DNA of 27,125 bases from Acidimicrobiia bacterium (lineage in GTDB: Bacteria; Actinomycetota; Acidimicrobiia; Spongiisociales; UBA5794). The stretch spans positions 1-27,125 of the forward strand of contig JAWOGV010000209.1 of NCBI GenBank assembly GCA_046496605.1, written 5' to 3'. Below the pieces are notes generated by a model. That model worked only from the letters and a program-made list of their open reading frames with translations. It ran no database searches and was not told the origin of the DNA. Made by a program: the position numbers and the translations under genes. Positions 1 through 7,927 of the stretch are shown here, piece after piece (positions within the stretch are counted from its first letter, which is position 1; each line of letters starts with the position of its first letter).

Positions 1-1
1 C

Positions 2-289
2 CCACGAGGGGTCATCCTCGCCTTCGACCACGTCACGTTCCTCGGCGCCATCGCGATGGTGACGTTCGGGATCATCTCCGCACACGCCGGCCTGGCGCGG
101 CGCATGGAGTTGTGGTTGGTCGTTGGGATCAATACGGGGCTGGCGCTCTTCATCGTCGGTCTCCTCGCCGACCAGGCGATCCTCAAGCGCATGGGTACAC
201 CGGTACTCGGCGTCGCGTTGATCGCGGCGATCTACCTGTACATCAGGGCGCTCGTCCGGATGCCCGACCGGCCATCAGTCATGGCGTGA
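2..289 (+). CDS. Integral membrane protein, 5'-truncated by the window edge, function unknown
   Basis: The frame of ORF 56..289 stays open to the window edge (PRGVILAFDHVTFLGAIAMVTFG...). It has three hydrophobic segments and a TGA stop at 287-289. Confidence 0.7.
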   Translation, partial: PRGVILAFDHVTFLGAIAMVTFGIISAHAGLARRMELWLVVGINTGLALFIVGLLADQAILKRMGTPVLGVALIAAIYLYIRALVRMPDRPSVMA

Positions 290-340
290 GGTCGTCCCGC
301 GTCCGCGGGGCGTTCGGCGATCGGGCCTCGGTGACGGCGC

Positions 341-1420
341 TCAGGACGTGACGAGGGCTGCGGCCGCGATCACGAGGGCGAAGGTTGCGGTCGCCCCGAC
401 CTCGACCGCGTGACGGACGGCAGAGACCGACGGTGCACGCATCCCGGGGCCACGCTCGACCGTGATGACCATCGCCATGCCGAACAGGGTCGCGACGGCT
501 CCCGCGACGATCCAACCGACCGATTCCTGCAGGGACGAATCGAGCACGACGCGGTCGACCATCATCGCGAGGAACAAGGCGGCGAGGTACACGTTCGTGA
601 ACCCGAAGTACCGCATCGCACGGGAGCGGTCAGACCTGAGCGCACTCGCGTACCCGATCATTCCGATCGACACGCCACAGGCGATGAGGGCGTAGATCCA
701 GCCGAGGTCCGCGATCGGTATCACGAGGAAGGACATGCCGACGGTCACGACCGAGTACCAGAGGATCAGATCGAACGTCGCCCGCTCACCTGCGATCACG
801 GGCATCATCGGGATCCGGGCAGCTCGGTAGTCGTCCTCGTACTTGAGGGAGAGGGCCCAGAAGTGCGGCGGCGTCCAGAAGAAGACGATCGCGAACATGA
901 TCCAGGCTGCAAGCGAGAGGTCCCCTGTGACTGCCGCCCACCCGATCAGGGTCGGGACGGCGCCTGCTGCCCCGCCGATCACGATGTTCTGCGTCGTCGT
1001 CCGCTTGAGGGTCATCGTGTACACGAAGACGTAGAACAGGTAGGCGACGACGGACAGGATCGCCGCCAGAAGCGTCGTGCCCACGGCAAGGACCACGAAT
1101 CCGAGGGCACCGAGCGCGATACCGAAGGCTGCGGCGGCGCGCTTGTCGATGCGGTCCGTCGGGAGGGGCCGCCTCGACGTTCGGGCCATGATCCGGTCGA
1201 TGTCGTCGTCGTAGACCTGGTTGATGACATTCGCTCCGCCCGCCGACAACGCGCCGCCGACGAGGGCGAAGAGGATGAGATCGATGCCGGGCCACCCACC
1301 TGCGGCAACCGCCATCGCGGGGACGGTCGTGATGAGCAACAGCTCGATGATCCGGGGTTTGGTCATCTCGACGTATGCACGCACCATCGCAGAAGCGCCC
1401 GAACCCCTGCTGTCCGTCAT
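341..1420 (-). CDS. ctaB: Protoheme IX farnesyltransferase (heme O synthase), UbiA family, with C-terminal hydrophobic extension
   Basis: Motifs TKPRIIELLL, NQVYDDDIDRIMARTSRRPLP, YTMTLKRTT.QNIVIGGAAGA, FFWTPPHFWAL. Its start overlaps the ctaA stop (ATGA). Confidence 0.96.
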   Translation of the reverse strand: MTDSRGSGASAMVRAYVEMTKPRIIELLLITTVPAMAVAAGGWPGIDLILFALVGGALSAGGANVINQVYDDDIDRIMARTSRRPLPTDRIDKRAAAAFGIALGALGFVVLAVGTTLLAAILSVVAYLFYVFVYTMTLKRTTTQNIVIGGAAGAVPTLIGWAAVTGDLSLAAWIMFAIVFFWTPPHFWALSLKYEDDYRAARIPMMPVIAGERATFDLILWYSVVTVGMSFLVIPIADLGWIYALIACGVSIGMIGYASALRSDRSRAMRYFGFTNVYLAALFLAMMVDRVVLDSSLQESVGWIVAGAVATLFGMAMVITVERGPGMRAPSVSAVRHAVEVGATATFALVIAAAALVTS

Positions 1421-2373
1421 GCCGGGACCGTGGGGCGGCTGTCGACTCGTGCCGGATCACCCATGAGTGATGCACCGAAGGCCACGTAGACGATCCACAG
1501 CAGGTCCGCGACCAGCAGATGCACCACCTGGAGGATGAGCGGCGTCAGGAAGAAGATGTTGGCGATCCCGATGAACATCTGGGACAGGACGATCCAGGTG
1601 ACTCCCGCAGCCGCGGTTCGCGTCGTCGAGGACGCCGTTCGCGACAGCGACGTCGCCAGCCACGCGACGAACAAGCCGCCGATCACCGCAACGATGGGGT
1701 GGACGATCCGCAAACGGCTGAGGGCTGGGGCCGTCGGGCCGAACTTGTCGGAGAGGTCACCGGTCACCGTCTCCGAGGGAAAGATCGTGTCTGCGAGGGC
1801 GTTCAACGCGCCGGTGGCCCCGAGAACGATGAGGACGATCGCGCCGCCGAGGACCCACGCGAAGCTCGACGATCGCCACGGACGCACCGGGACTCGCATA
1901 CCCGAGCCCCACCAGGCGGTGACCGTCAAGGAGCCGAGCAGGAGGAACGTGTTTGTGAGGTGGAGTGGCACGACGATGATTCGACCGAGCGAGACATCGT
2001 CGTCGACCCAGCCGTAGATGACGAGGGCTGCACCGAGCAGGGCCTCGACGATGAGGATGACTCCCGACACGACCGCCGCCCTGCGAACGATGTGCCCCTT
2101 CTCGAAGAAGCGGAAGGCGAGGATCACCACGAGGAGGACGCCGAGCCCTGCGAGGAACGACGTCACGCGATGACTGAACTCGATGATGGTCTCGACGGCC
2201 GGGTTCGGAGGAATGAACTGGTCACCGCACTTCGGCCACGACTCCCCGCATCCGGCACCCGAGCCGGTGGCCCTGACGATGGCTCCGCCGAGGATGACCA
2301 GCACGGTGAATGCGAGGGTTGCCCAGGCTGCGATCGAGAAGGCTCGGAGACGCCTCGGTGAGAGTTCCGCCAT
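1417..2373 (-). CDS. ctaA: Heme A synthase (COX15/CtaA family)
   Basis: GGAIVRATGSGAGCGESWPKC, IEFSHR, and further conserved His residues (HLTN, RIVHP, QVVHLLVA). About 8 TM segments, adjacent to ctaB. Confidence 0.93.
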   Translation of the reverse strand: MAELSPRRLRAFSIAAWATLAFTVLVILGGAIVRATGSGAGCGESWPKCGDQFIPPNPAVETIIEFSHRVTSFLAGLGVLLVVILAFRFFEKGHIVRRAAVVSGVILIVEALLGAALVIYGWVDDDVSLGRIIVVPLHLTNTFLLLGSLTVTAWWGSGMRVPVRPWRSSSFAWVLGGAIVLIVLGATGALNALADTIFPSETVTGDLSDKFGPTAPALSRLRIVHPIVAVIGGLFVAWLATSLSRTASSTTRTAAAGVTWIVLSQMFIGIANIFFLTPLILQVVHLLVADLLWIVYVAFGASLMGDPARVDSRPTVPA

Positions 2374-2379
2374 CGGGCT

Positions 2380-2385
2380 AGGGTA
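2380..2385 (-). promoter_or_regulatory. Putative -10 element (TACCCT) for a leaderless ctaAB transcript
   Basis: TANNNT hexamer 6 nt before the ctaA ATG, with no SD sequence. Confidence 0.55.
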
Positions 2386-2463
2386 CCTGCGGGTGGACTA
2401 ATCCGGCCGCAGCACGACCGACTCGGACGGGGCAGGTCATGACCACTGACCAACCGCCACCGG

Positions 2464-2469
2464 TACCAT
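2464..2469 (+). promoter_or_regulatory. Putative -10 element (TACCAT) for a leaderless small-protein/menH transcript
   Basis: TANNNT hexamer 6 nt before ATG 2476. Confidence 0.55.
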
Positions 2470-2475
2470 CCGGAC

Positions 2476-2568
2476 ATGAAGAAGATCATCCTCCTCGTCC
2501 TCGCAATCGGCATCGGGGCCATCATCTACAAGGTCCTGACGACCGAGGTTCCGATCGACGAGTCCTGA
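2476..2568 (+). CDS. 30-aa single-TM small protein MKKIILLVLAIGIGAIIYKVLTTEVPIDES (not in the ORF track)
   Basis: ATG 2476 to TGA 2566-2568. Nearly all codons are G/C-ending. Basic N-terminus, hydrophobic core and acidic tail. Leaderless -10 upstream, and the next gene starts 3 nt after the stop. Confidence 0.75.
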   Translation: MKKIILLVLAIGIGAIIYKVLTTEVPIDES

Positions 2569-2571
2569 AGA

Positions 2572-3339
2572 GTGCTGGCCTTCCGCCGCTCCGGCGCCGG
2601 CCCGCCCGTCGTTGCACTCCACGGGTTCACGCACACCGGCGCCCAGTTCGACGAGCTCGCCCTGGGTATCGGCCGCACCGTCATCGCCCCCGATCTGCCT
2701 GGTCACGGTCACGGCGCGAGCGCTCCCGCATCCGTTGCGTCCGTTGTCTCACAGGTTGCAGAGACCATCGTCGCCGTCCATACCGGAGCCGTGCCGATCG
2801 TCGGATACAGCCAGGGCGGACGAGTGGCGCTGCTCGTCGCTGACGCCCGTCCCGATCTCGTATCCGGTCTTGCGCTCATCTCCACGACCCCCGGAATCGC
2901 CGATCCGGCCGATCATGGAGCACGTGCGCAGGCCGATCGGGACCTCGCATCACACATCCTCGCCGTGGGCATCGAGCGATTCCTCGACGAGTGGACCCGT
3001 TCGGGCATCACCTCCACGAGCCATCTCGAACCGGCTGCCCGTCGAGCCGATCTCGTCGTCCGCATGGAGAACACGGCTGCCGGACTGGCCGCCGCAGTCG
3101 AGGGCTACGGCCAGGGAGCGCAGCCGTCACTGTGGGACTCGTTGGCATCGATCACGGTGCCCGTCGTTCTGATCACGGGGAGCGAGGATCCGGTCTACAC
3201 CGCTCATGCCGAGGCGATGGTGGAGAGGCTCCCCGACGCGTACGTCGAGGTGCTCGAAGGGGCACGCCACAACCCGCTGCTCGACACGCCGGGACTCGTC
3301 ACCGCCGCGGTGTCAGGATTCCTCGATCGGCTCGGCTGA
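2572..3339 (+). CDS. menH: Alpha/beta hydrolase, MenH-like (SHCHC synthase family)
   Basis: LHGFT oxyanion motif, GYSQGGRVAL nucleophile elbow, GYGQGAQPSLWDSL (MenH-type segment) and catalytic His in ARHNP. No other men genes are in the window, so the exact substrate is not proven. Confidence 0.7.
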   Translation: MLAFRRSGAGPPVVALHGFTHTGAQFDELALGIGRTVIAPDLPGHGHGASAPASVASVVSQVAETIVAVHTGAVPIVGYSQGGRVALLVADARPDLVSGLALISTTPGIADPADHGARAQADRDLASHILAVGIERFLDEWTRSGITSTSHLEPAARRADLVVRMENTAAGLAAAVEGYGQGAQPSLWDSLASITVPVVLITGSEDPVYTAHAEAMVERLPDAYVEVLEGARHNPLLDTPGLVTAAVSGFLDRLG

Positions 3340-4179
3340 TCCCGAGGACCAGTCGTAGAACCCGAGCCCCGACTTCTTGCCCAGACGACCGTCCGCGACC
3401 ATCCTCCTGAGCAGGTCGGGCGGTTCGAATCGCGATCCGTAGACGGATGCGAGGTGCTCCGCGATCCCGAGGCGAACGTCGAGGCCGACGAGGTCACCGA
3501 GCATGAGGGGACCCATCGGATGCCCGTAGCCGAGGCGCATCGCCGTGTCGATGTCCACAGGCGAGGCGACCCCTGTTTCGACCATCCGGATCGCCTCGAT
3601 CCCCACGAGGACACCGAGACGGCTGGTGGCGAACCCGGGGGCATCGTTGATGACCGCGTGCTCCATGCCGAGTCGTTCGACGGTGGCAACGATCCTCGCA
3701 AGGGTGTCGTCGGACGTCGCGCTCCCGCGCACCACTTCGACCAGGTGCATCGCCCACACCGGGTTGAAGAAGTGCATCCCGGCGAACGAGGTTGGATCCC
3801 CGAGTGAGGAAGCGAGCCGATCGATCGAGATGCTCGAGGTGTTCGAAGCCAGCGTGGTGGGGTTCCTGCGCTGCGCCGCGTCGAGGATGGAGCCCTTCAG
3901 CTCGGCGTCCTCGATGACCGCTTCGATGATCAGGTCGAGACCTTCGGGCATGTCGTCGATCGACCCGTGGGCGTGGAGCCCTCCGATCGCCGAGTCTCGC
4001 TCGGCAACCGTCAACTTCGCCCTGTCGACGGCAGCCTGCAAGGTTGCGGCGACGCGTTCCACCGCCCCTTGGGCGGTGGAGAGGTCCACATCGACGAGAT
4101 GCACGTCATACCCGTTCGCGGCGAACCGGTGAGCGATGCCGATGCCCATCGTTCCGCCGCCGATGACCCCGACCCTCAT
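3313..4179 (-). CDS. 3-hydroxyacyl-CoA (3-hydroxybutyryl-CoA) dehydrogenase
   Basis: VIGGGTMGIG Rossmann motif, IIEAVIED, LASNTSSISI, GMHFFNPV, DAPGFATSRL, GHPMGPLMLGDLVGLDV, LGKKSGLGFY. Confidence 0.95.
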   Translation of the reverse strand: MRVGVIGGGTMGIGIAHRFAANGYDVHLVDVDLSTAQGAVERVAATLQAAVDRAKLTVAERDSAIGGLHAHGSIDDMPEGLDLIIEAVIEDAELKGSILDAAQRRNPTTLASNTSSISIDRLASSLGDPTSFAGMHFFNPVWAMHLVEVVRGSATSDDTLARIVATVERLGMEHAVINDAPGFATSRLGVLVGIEAIRMVETGVASPVDIDTAMRLGYGHPMGPLMLGDLVGLDVRLGIAEHLASVYGSRFEPPDLLRRMVADGRLGKKSGLGFYDWSSGSAEPIEES

Positions 4180-5144
4180 CCGGCCTCCCTCCCGACGGTG
4201 CCCCGCTCCTCGGGACCCATCTGACTCGAATCCACGAATCCTGCCACAGCGTCGGCGATTGCACCCGGATCCGCGAGGATCGCCTCATGGCCGAGGCCCG
4301 GCAACCTGACGACGCGTGCATTCGGGATGAGGGAGGCAAGTTCCTCCTGGGTCGCCACACGGACCACTGTGTCACGTTCGGGGATGATGACGAGCGTCGG
4401 AGTCGTGATGCCATGGACCCGGTCCCGCGAGTCGAATCTCCATATCGCGTACGCGGCCTCGTGGTACAGGTTCGCATCGCGAGCGAGGAGGGAGTCCCAC
4501 ATCCATGCCTCATCCTCGATCCCGATCAGGCCGCGACTTCTCAGCATGAGGAACGAGGCCCACACCGCCTCCGCCCTCGATATCCGAGCGAGCGCCCTGG
4601 TCACACCGAAGAGCCCGAAGCTGAGCGGCCGCATCCGATCGATGGGCCGTGCCGCAGTCGCGCCCAGGACGAGGACACTCGCAATCTCGGGATGGCGCAG
4701 CACCAGCTCCTGGGCGACCATCCCTCCCATCGAGTATCCAACGACGGGGATCGGAGTCGGGACGCCGAGCTCCGTCATGATCGAGGCGACCTCGTCTGCC
4801 ACGTCCGCGATCTCGAACCTCCCACGGATCCGATCCGACTTCCCGTGGTTGCGCAGATCCGGCACGATCACCCTGAACCGCCGTGCGAGGATCGGCATGA
4901 GCTTGTGGAACACCATCTCGCCGTCGAAGTTCCATCCGTGGATCAGGAGGATGGGTGGCGCATCCGGATCTCCCAACTCGCGGACGAAGAACTCGTGACG
5001 GCCGACGAACACGCTCCTGCCCGGAACCATCAGCGGACGCCTCTGCTCGCCGTTCGTCCGAGGAACGGGATCTGGGCCGAACAACCGCCATGCAAGCCAG
5101 GACGCGCCGACGACGCCGACGGTCCGTGTTATCAACCGGGCCAC
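4176..5144 (-). CDS. Alpha/beta hydrolase with N-terminal membrane anchor
   Basis: LLIHGW, VPDLRNHGKS, GYSMGG nucleophile, GLGHE His. GTG start 6 nt after a TAGCGT -10 (5151-5156). ATGA overlap with the dehydrogenase gene. Confidence 0.9.
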   Translation of the reverse strand: MARLITRTVGVVGASWLAWRLFGPDPVPRTNGEQRRPLMVPGRSVFVGRHEFFVRELGDPDAPPILLIHGWNFDGEMVFHKLMPILARRFRVIVPDLRNHGKSDRIRGRFEIADVADEVASIMTELGVPTPIPVVGYSMGGMVAQELVLRHPEIASVLVLGATAARPIDRMRPLSFGLFGVTRALARISRAEAVWASFLMLRSRGLIGIEDEAWMWDSLLARDANLYHEAAYAIWRFDSRDRVHGITTPTLVIIPERDTVVRVATQEELASLIPNARVVRLPGLGHEAILADPGAIADAVAGFVDSSQMGPEERGTVGREAG

Positions 5145-5202
5145 ATCGGAACGCTACCGATGTCGCAGATATCGTGATCCGGTGCCGCTAGCGTCCCTCC
5201 CA

Positions 5203-6261
5203 ATGGACGACATCCGCCTCACCGCGTACTCGCACGGCGCGGGTTGAGCGTGCAAGCTCGGACCTGACGAGCTGACGCAGGTTCTGCGTCCCTTGCACGA
5301 CCATCCAGCCACGCGCCACCCGGACCTGCTCGTGGGTTTCGCCGGGTCCGACGACGCCGGGGTCATTCGCCTCGACTCCGAGCGGGCCCTCGTCCAGACG
5401 GTGGACTTCTTCACGCCGATCGTGGACGACCCGTACGACTGGGGACGGATCGCTGCCGCGAATGCCCTCTCGGACGTCTATGCGATGGGAGCGGACCCGT
5501 TGACTGCGCTGCAACTCGTGGGATGGCCGAGGGACGACCTCCCGATGGACCTGCTCTCGTCCGTCATCCGCGGCGGTGCCGATGTGATGGCCGCTGCCGG
5601 ATGTGTCATCGTCGGGGGCCACTCGATCGACGACAGGGAACCGAAGTACGGGTTCGCCGTGACCGGGGTGGCGCCACCGGGCGACATCACCACGAACAGC
5701 TCGGCGAGCGCCGGCCAATCGCTGTATCTCACGAAGCCGATCGGAACCGGAATCCTCTCCACCGCGCTCAAGAACGGGCGCCTCGATCCCTCCTCGGTCA
5801 CCGAGCTCGTTGCCGTCATGACGACCCTCAATGCCGCACCCGCCCGTGCCGTCCGACGGATCGGCGCACGAGCAGTCACGGATGTGACCGGATTCGGGCT
5901 CCTCGGACACCTCGCGGAGATGGTCAGGGCCTCGGGGACGAGCGCGGTCGTGGAGGTGGCGACGGTGCCATTCCTCGAGGGCGCCCGTTTCCTCGCCGAG
6001 GAGGGCATGATTCCTGGGGGGACCAGGAGAAACCTCGATTCCGTCTCCGCGATGCTCGATCCGGGAGGTTCCGACGAGGTCGACCGCATCCTCCTCGCTG
6101 ACGCCCAGACGTCCGGGGGCCTTCTCATCGCCGTCGACGCGGCGATGAACAGCGCCTTCGAGCAGGCCATCGAGGACGAGGGAGCATCCGCATGGCGCAT
6201 CGGTTCCATGGTGGTCAGGACCTTCGCCCACGGTCCCTCCGGCCAGATCATGCTCGCCTGA
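5203..6261 (+). CDS. selD: Selenophosphate synthetase (selenide, water dikinase), selenocysteine-containing, 352 aa with Sec at codon 15
   Basis: ATG 5203 gives MDDIRLTAYSHGAG-UGA-ACKLGP, in frame with ORF 5293..6261. This matches the SelD N-terminal RLT.YSHGAGCxCK motif with TGA (5245-5247) at the catalytic Cys/Sec position. Downstream motifs are DDAGV, QTVDFFTPIVDDP, NALSDVYAMG, LYLTKPIGTG, TDVTGFGLLGHL and DAQTSGGLL. Confidence 0.96.
5248..5278 (+). promoter_or_regulatory. Putative bacterial SECIS hairpin directly 3' of the selD UGA
   Basis: GCGT(5248-51) pairs with ACGC(5275-78) as a lower stem. AGCTCG(5255-60) pairs with CGAGCT(5268-73) as a perfect upper stem. The loop GACCTGA starts with G. 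Confidence 0.65.
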
Positions 6262-6462
6262 CCCACGCTGTCGCAGCTACCTCTGGCCACCTGTTCCCAA
6301 CCCGTCGAGGGGTCCGGGAATTGTCCTGCATGGTCCGGTTCGAAGCGGTAACGTTCGCCTGTTGGCCGGTTGCGGACACGTCTGCCGGACCCTCTCGTCC
6401 CCCCTGGAGGTTCCGGCGTGGCGACGGTGGGTCCCCACCCCGGTGGGGATCCACCGGTCGCC
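6262..6462 (+). ncRNA. Candidate structured RNA (unassigned) between selD and mgtE
   Basis: Rod 6306-6397 capped by a GTAA (GNRA) loop, an alternative hairpin 6384-6417 with a CCCCCC loop, and a 19-bp hairpin 6420-6462. G-U pairs favour the + strand. No known family recognised. Confidence 0.4.
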
Positions 6463-6508
6463 CGAGGTCAGGTCCGAGCATCGACCGAGGCGATAGGCTG
6501 GCGACGAA

Positions 6509-7924
6509 ATGAGGATCCGCATCCCACGCCCGCGCCAGTTCGGCTCGATGCTCAGGGATCTCGCACGTCGCGACCCCGAGGAGGCCGAGGCGTACCTCGA
6601 CACCCATCAGGATGCGTGGGAGGATCTCGCCGAGCGAAACCCCCACGACGCCGCCGACATCCTCGAGGCCATCGACGAGGAGGGCGCCGCTGACCTCCTT
6701 CGTGACCTCGATCTGGCTGACGCAGGTGACGTCCTCGACGAGATGCGCCCTGAGGCGGCCGCAGACGTCCTCCAGGAGATGCAGCCAGAGCGGGCGGCTG
6801 AGCTGGTCTCCCAGATGGAGCCCGATCAGGCAGCCGATGTGATCGGCGCGCTCGACGCGGAGGACCGGACGGCAGTGCTGCTGCACCTCGATCGCGCTAC
6901 GGCTGCCGAGGTCGAACGCCTCCTCATGTTCGCCGCCGACACCGCGGGCGGCATGATGACGACCGACATCGCCGCGCTGCCCGTCGGCCTGTCGGCCGGC
7001 GAAGCGATCGAGGCCCTCCGACGGCTCCACGACGAGCTCGGTTCGAACCTGCTGTACGTGTACGTCGTCGACGACGACGGACGGCTCCTCGGTGTCGTTT
7101 CGTTCCGCGATCTCGTGTTCGCGAGGCCCGGTTCCGCCCTCGATGAGGTCATGGAGCCTCACGTGGTCAAGGTGTCGACCGATACCGACCGCGAGCAGGT
7201 CGCCGAGCTCGTCCAGCGATATCGCCTGATCGCCATCCCGGTCGTCGACGGCGACGAGCGTTTGGTCGGCATGGTGAAGGTGGCCGAGGCCCTCGAGGCG
7301 ATCCAGGCCGAGGCAGGTGAGGACATCGCAGTGATGGTCGGCGCAGGTGTCGAGGAGACGGTATTCACGCCCGTGAGCCAGTCGGTGAGGCGCCGGATCC
7401 CATGGATCGCGTTCAACCTCTTCGTCGGCATCCTGATTGCAGCGGTGATCTCACAATTCGAGGCGACCCTGACGACCTACGCGGTCCTGGCCGCATACAT
7501 GCCTCTCGTCGCCCTCCTTTCGGGCAACTCGGGTGCCCAGTCACTCGCCGTCATCATTCGGTCGATGGCGGTCGGGGACATTCCGCGAGGGCGCGCATGG
7601 CGCGCGATCAGGCGGGAGGTCGCGGTGGGCCTCATCGATGGGCTCATCATCGCGGCGATCGCAGCGTCCACCGCTGCGTTGACGTTGCACCTGTTCCAGG
7701 ATTCAGGGGGCGAGGCCGTGGGGGCTGTCGAGCTCGCAGTGATCATCTTCGTTGCGGTGTGGATCGCGTTCATGGTCGCGGGCCTCGTCGGAGCCGGAAT
7801 ACCCGTCGCTCTGCGAAAGGTCGGTCAGGATCCCGCGGTCGCATCGAACATCTTCCTCACGATGACCACCGACATGGTCGGTTTCGGAGGTTTCCTGGCC
7901 ATCTCGACCCTGCTCCTGAGCTGA
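6509..7924 (+). CDS. mgtE: Magnesium transporter MgtE
   Basis: Acidic N-terminal superhelical repeats, a CBS pair (TAGGMMTTD; YVYVVDDDGRLLGVVSFRDL; AIPVVDGDERLVG), and a TM domain with SGNSGAQS and MTTDMVG (Mg-binding Asp). TAGGCT -10 at 6494-6499. Confidence 0.96.
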   Translation: MRIRIPRPRQFGSMLRDLARRDPEEAEAYLDTHQDAWEDLAERNPHDAADILEAIDEEGAADLLRDLDLADAGDVLDEMRPEAAADVLQEMQPERAAELVSQMEPDQAADVIGALDAEDRTAVLLHLDRATAAEVERLLMFAADTAGGMMTTDIAALPVGLSAGEAIEALRRLHDELGSNLLYVYVVDDDGRLLGVVSFRDLVFARPGSALDEVMEPHVVKVSTDTDREQVAELVQRYRLIAIPVVDGDERLVGMVKVAEALEAIQAEAGEDIAVMVGAGVEETVFTPVSQSVRRRIPWIAFNLFVGILIAAVISQFEATLTTYAVLAAYMPLVALLSGNSGAQSLAVIIRSMAVGDIPRGRAWRAIRREVAVGLIDGLIIAAIAASTAALTLHLFQDSGGEAVGAVELAVIIFVAVWIAFMVAGLVGAGIPVALRKVGQDPAVASNIFLTMTTDMVGFGGFLAISTLLLS

Positions 7925-7927
7925 CGA

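Noticed and set aside
5293-6261. selD starting at 5293, or selD as a pseudogene with a premature stop
   Set aside because: The conserved N-terminal catalytic motif lies upstream and in frame. The TGA falls exactly on the Cys/Sec position and is followed by a hairpin, which fits recoding better than decay.
6466-6476. GGTCAGGTCCG resembling SRP (4.5S) RNA helix 8
   Set aside because: It is not followed by the GNRA tetraloop and GGAAGCAG strand needed for the SRP motif.
6262-6508. tRNA-Sec (selC) or M-box (ykoK) riboswitch in the selD-mgtE gap
   Set aside because: There is no UCA anticodon loop or cloverleaf on either strand, and none of the M-box conserved segments (e.g. TAGGTGAGG, GTGCCAAAGCTC) are present.
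6330-6512. 60-codon Pro-rich uORF ending in an ATGA overlap with mgtE (MgtL-like leader)
   Set aside because: No SD or -10 at its start, codon usage unlike real genes, and composition explained by GC-rich hairpins. mgtE also has its own -10 candidate. It cannot be fully excluded without Ribo-seq.
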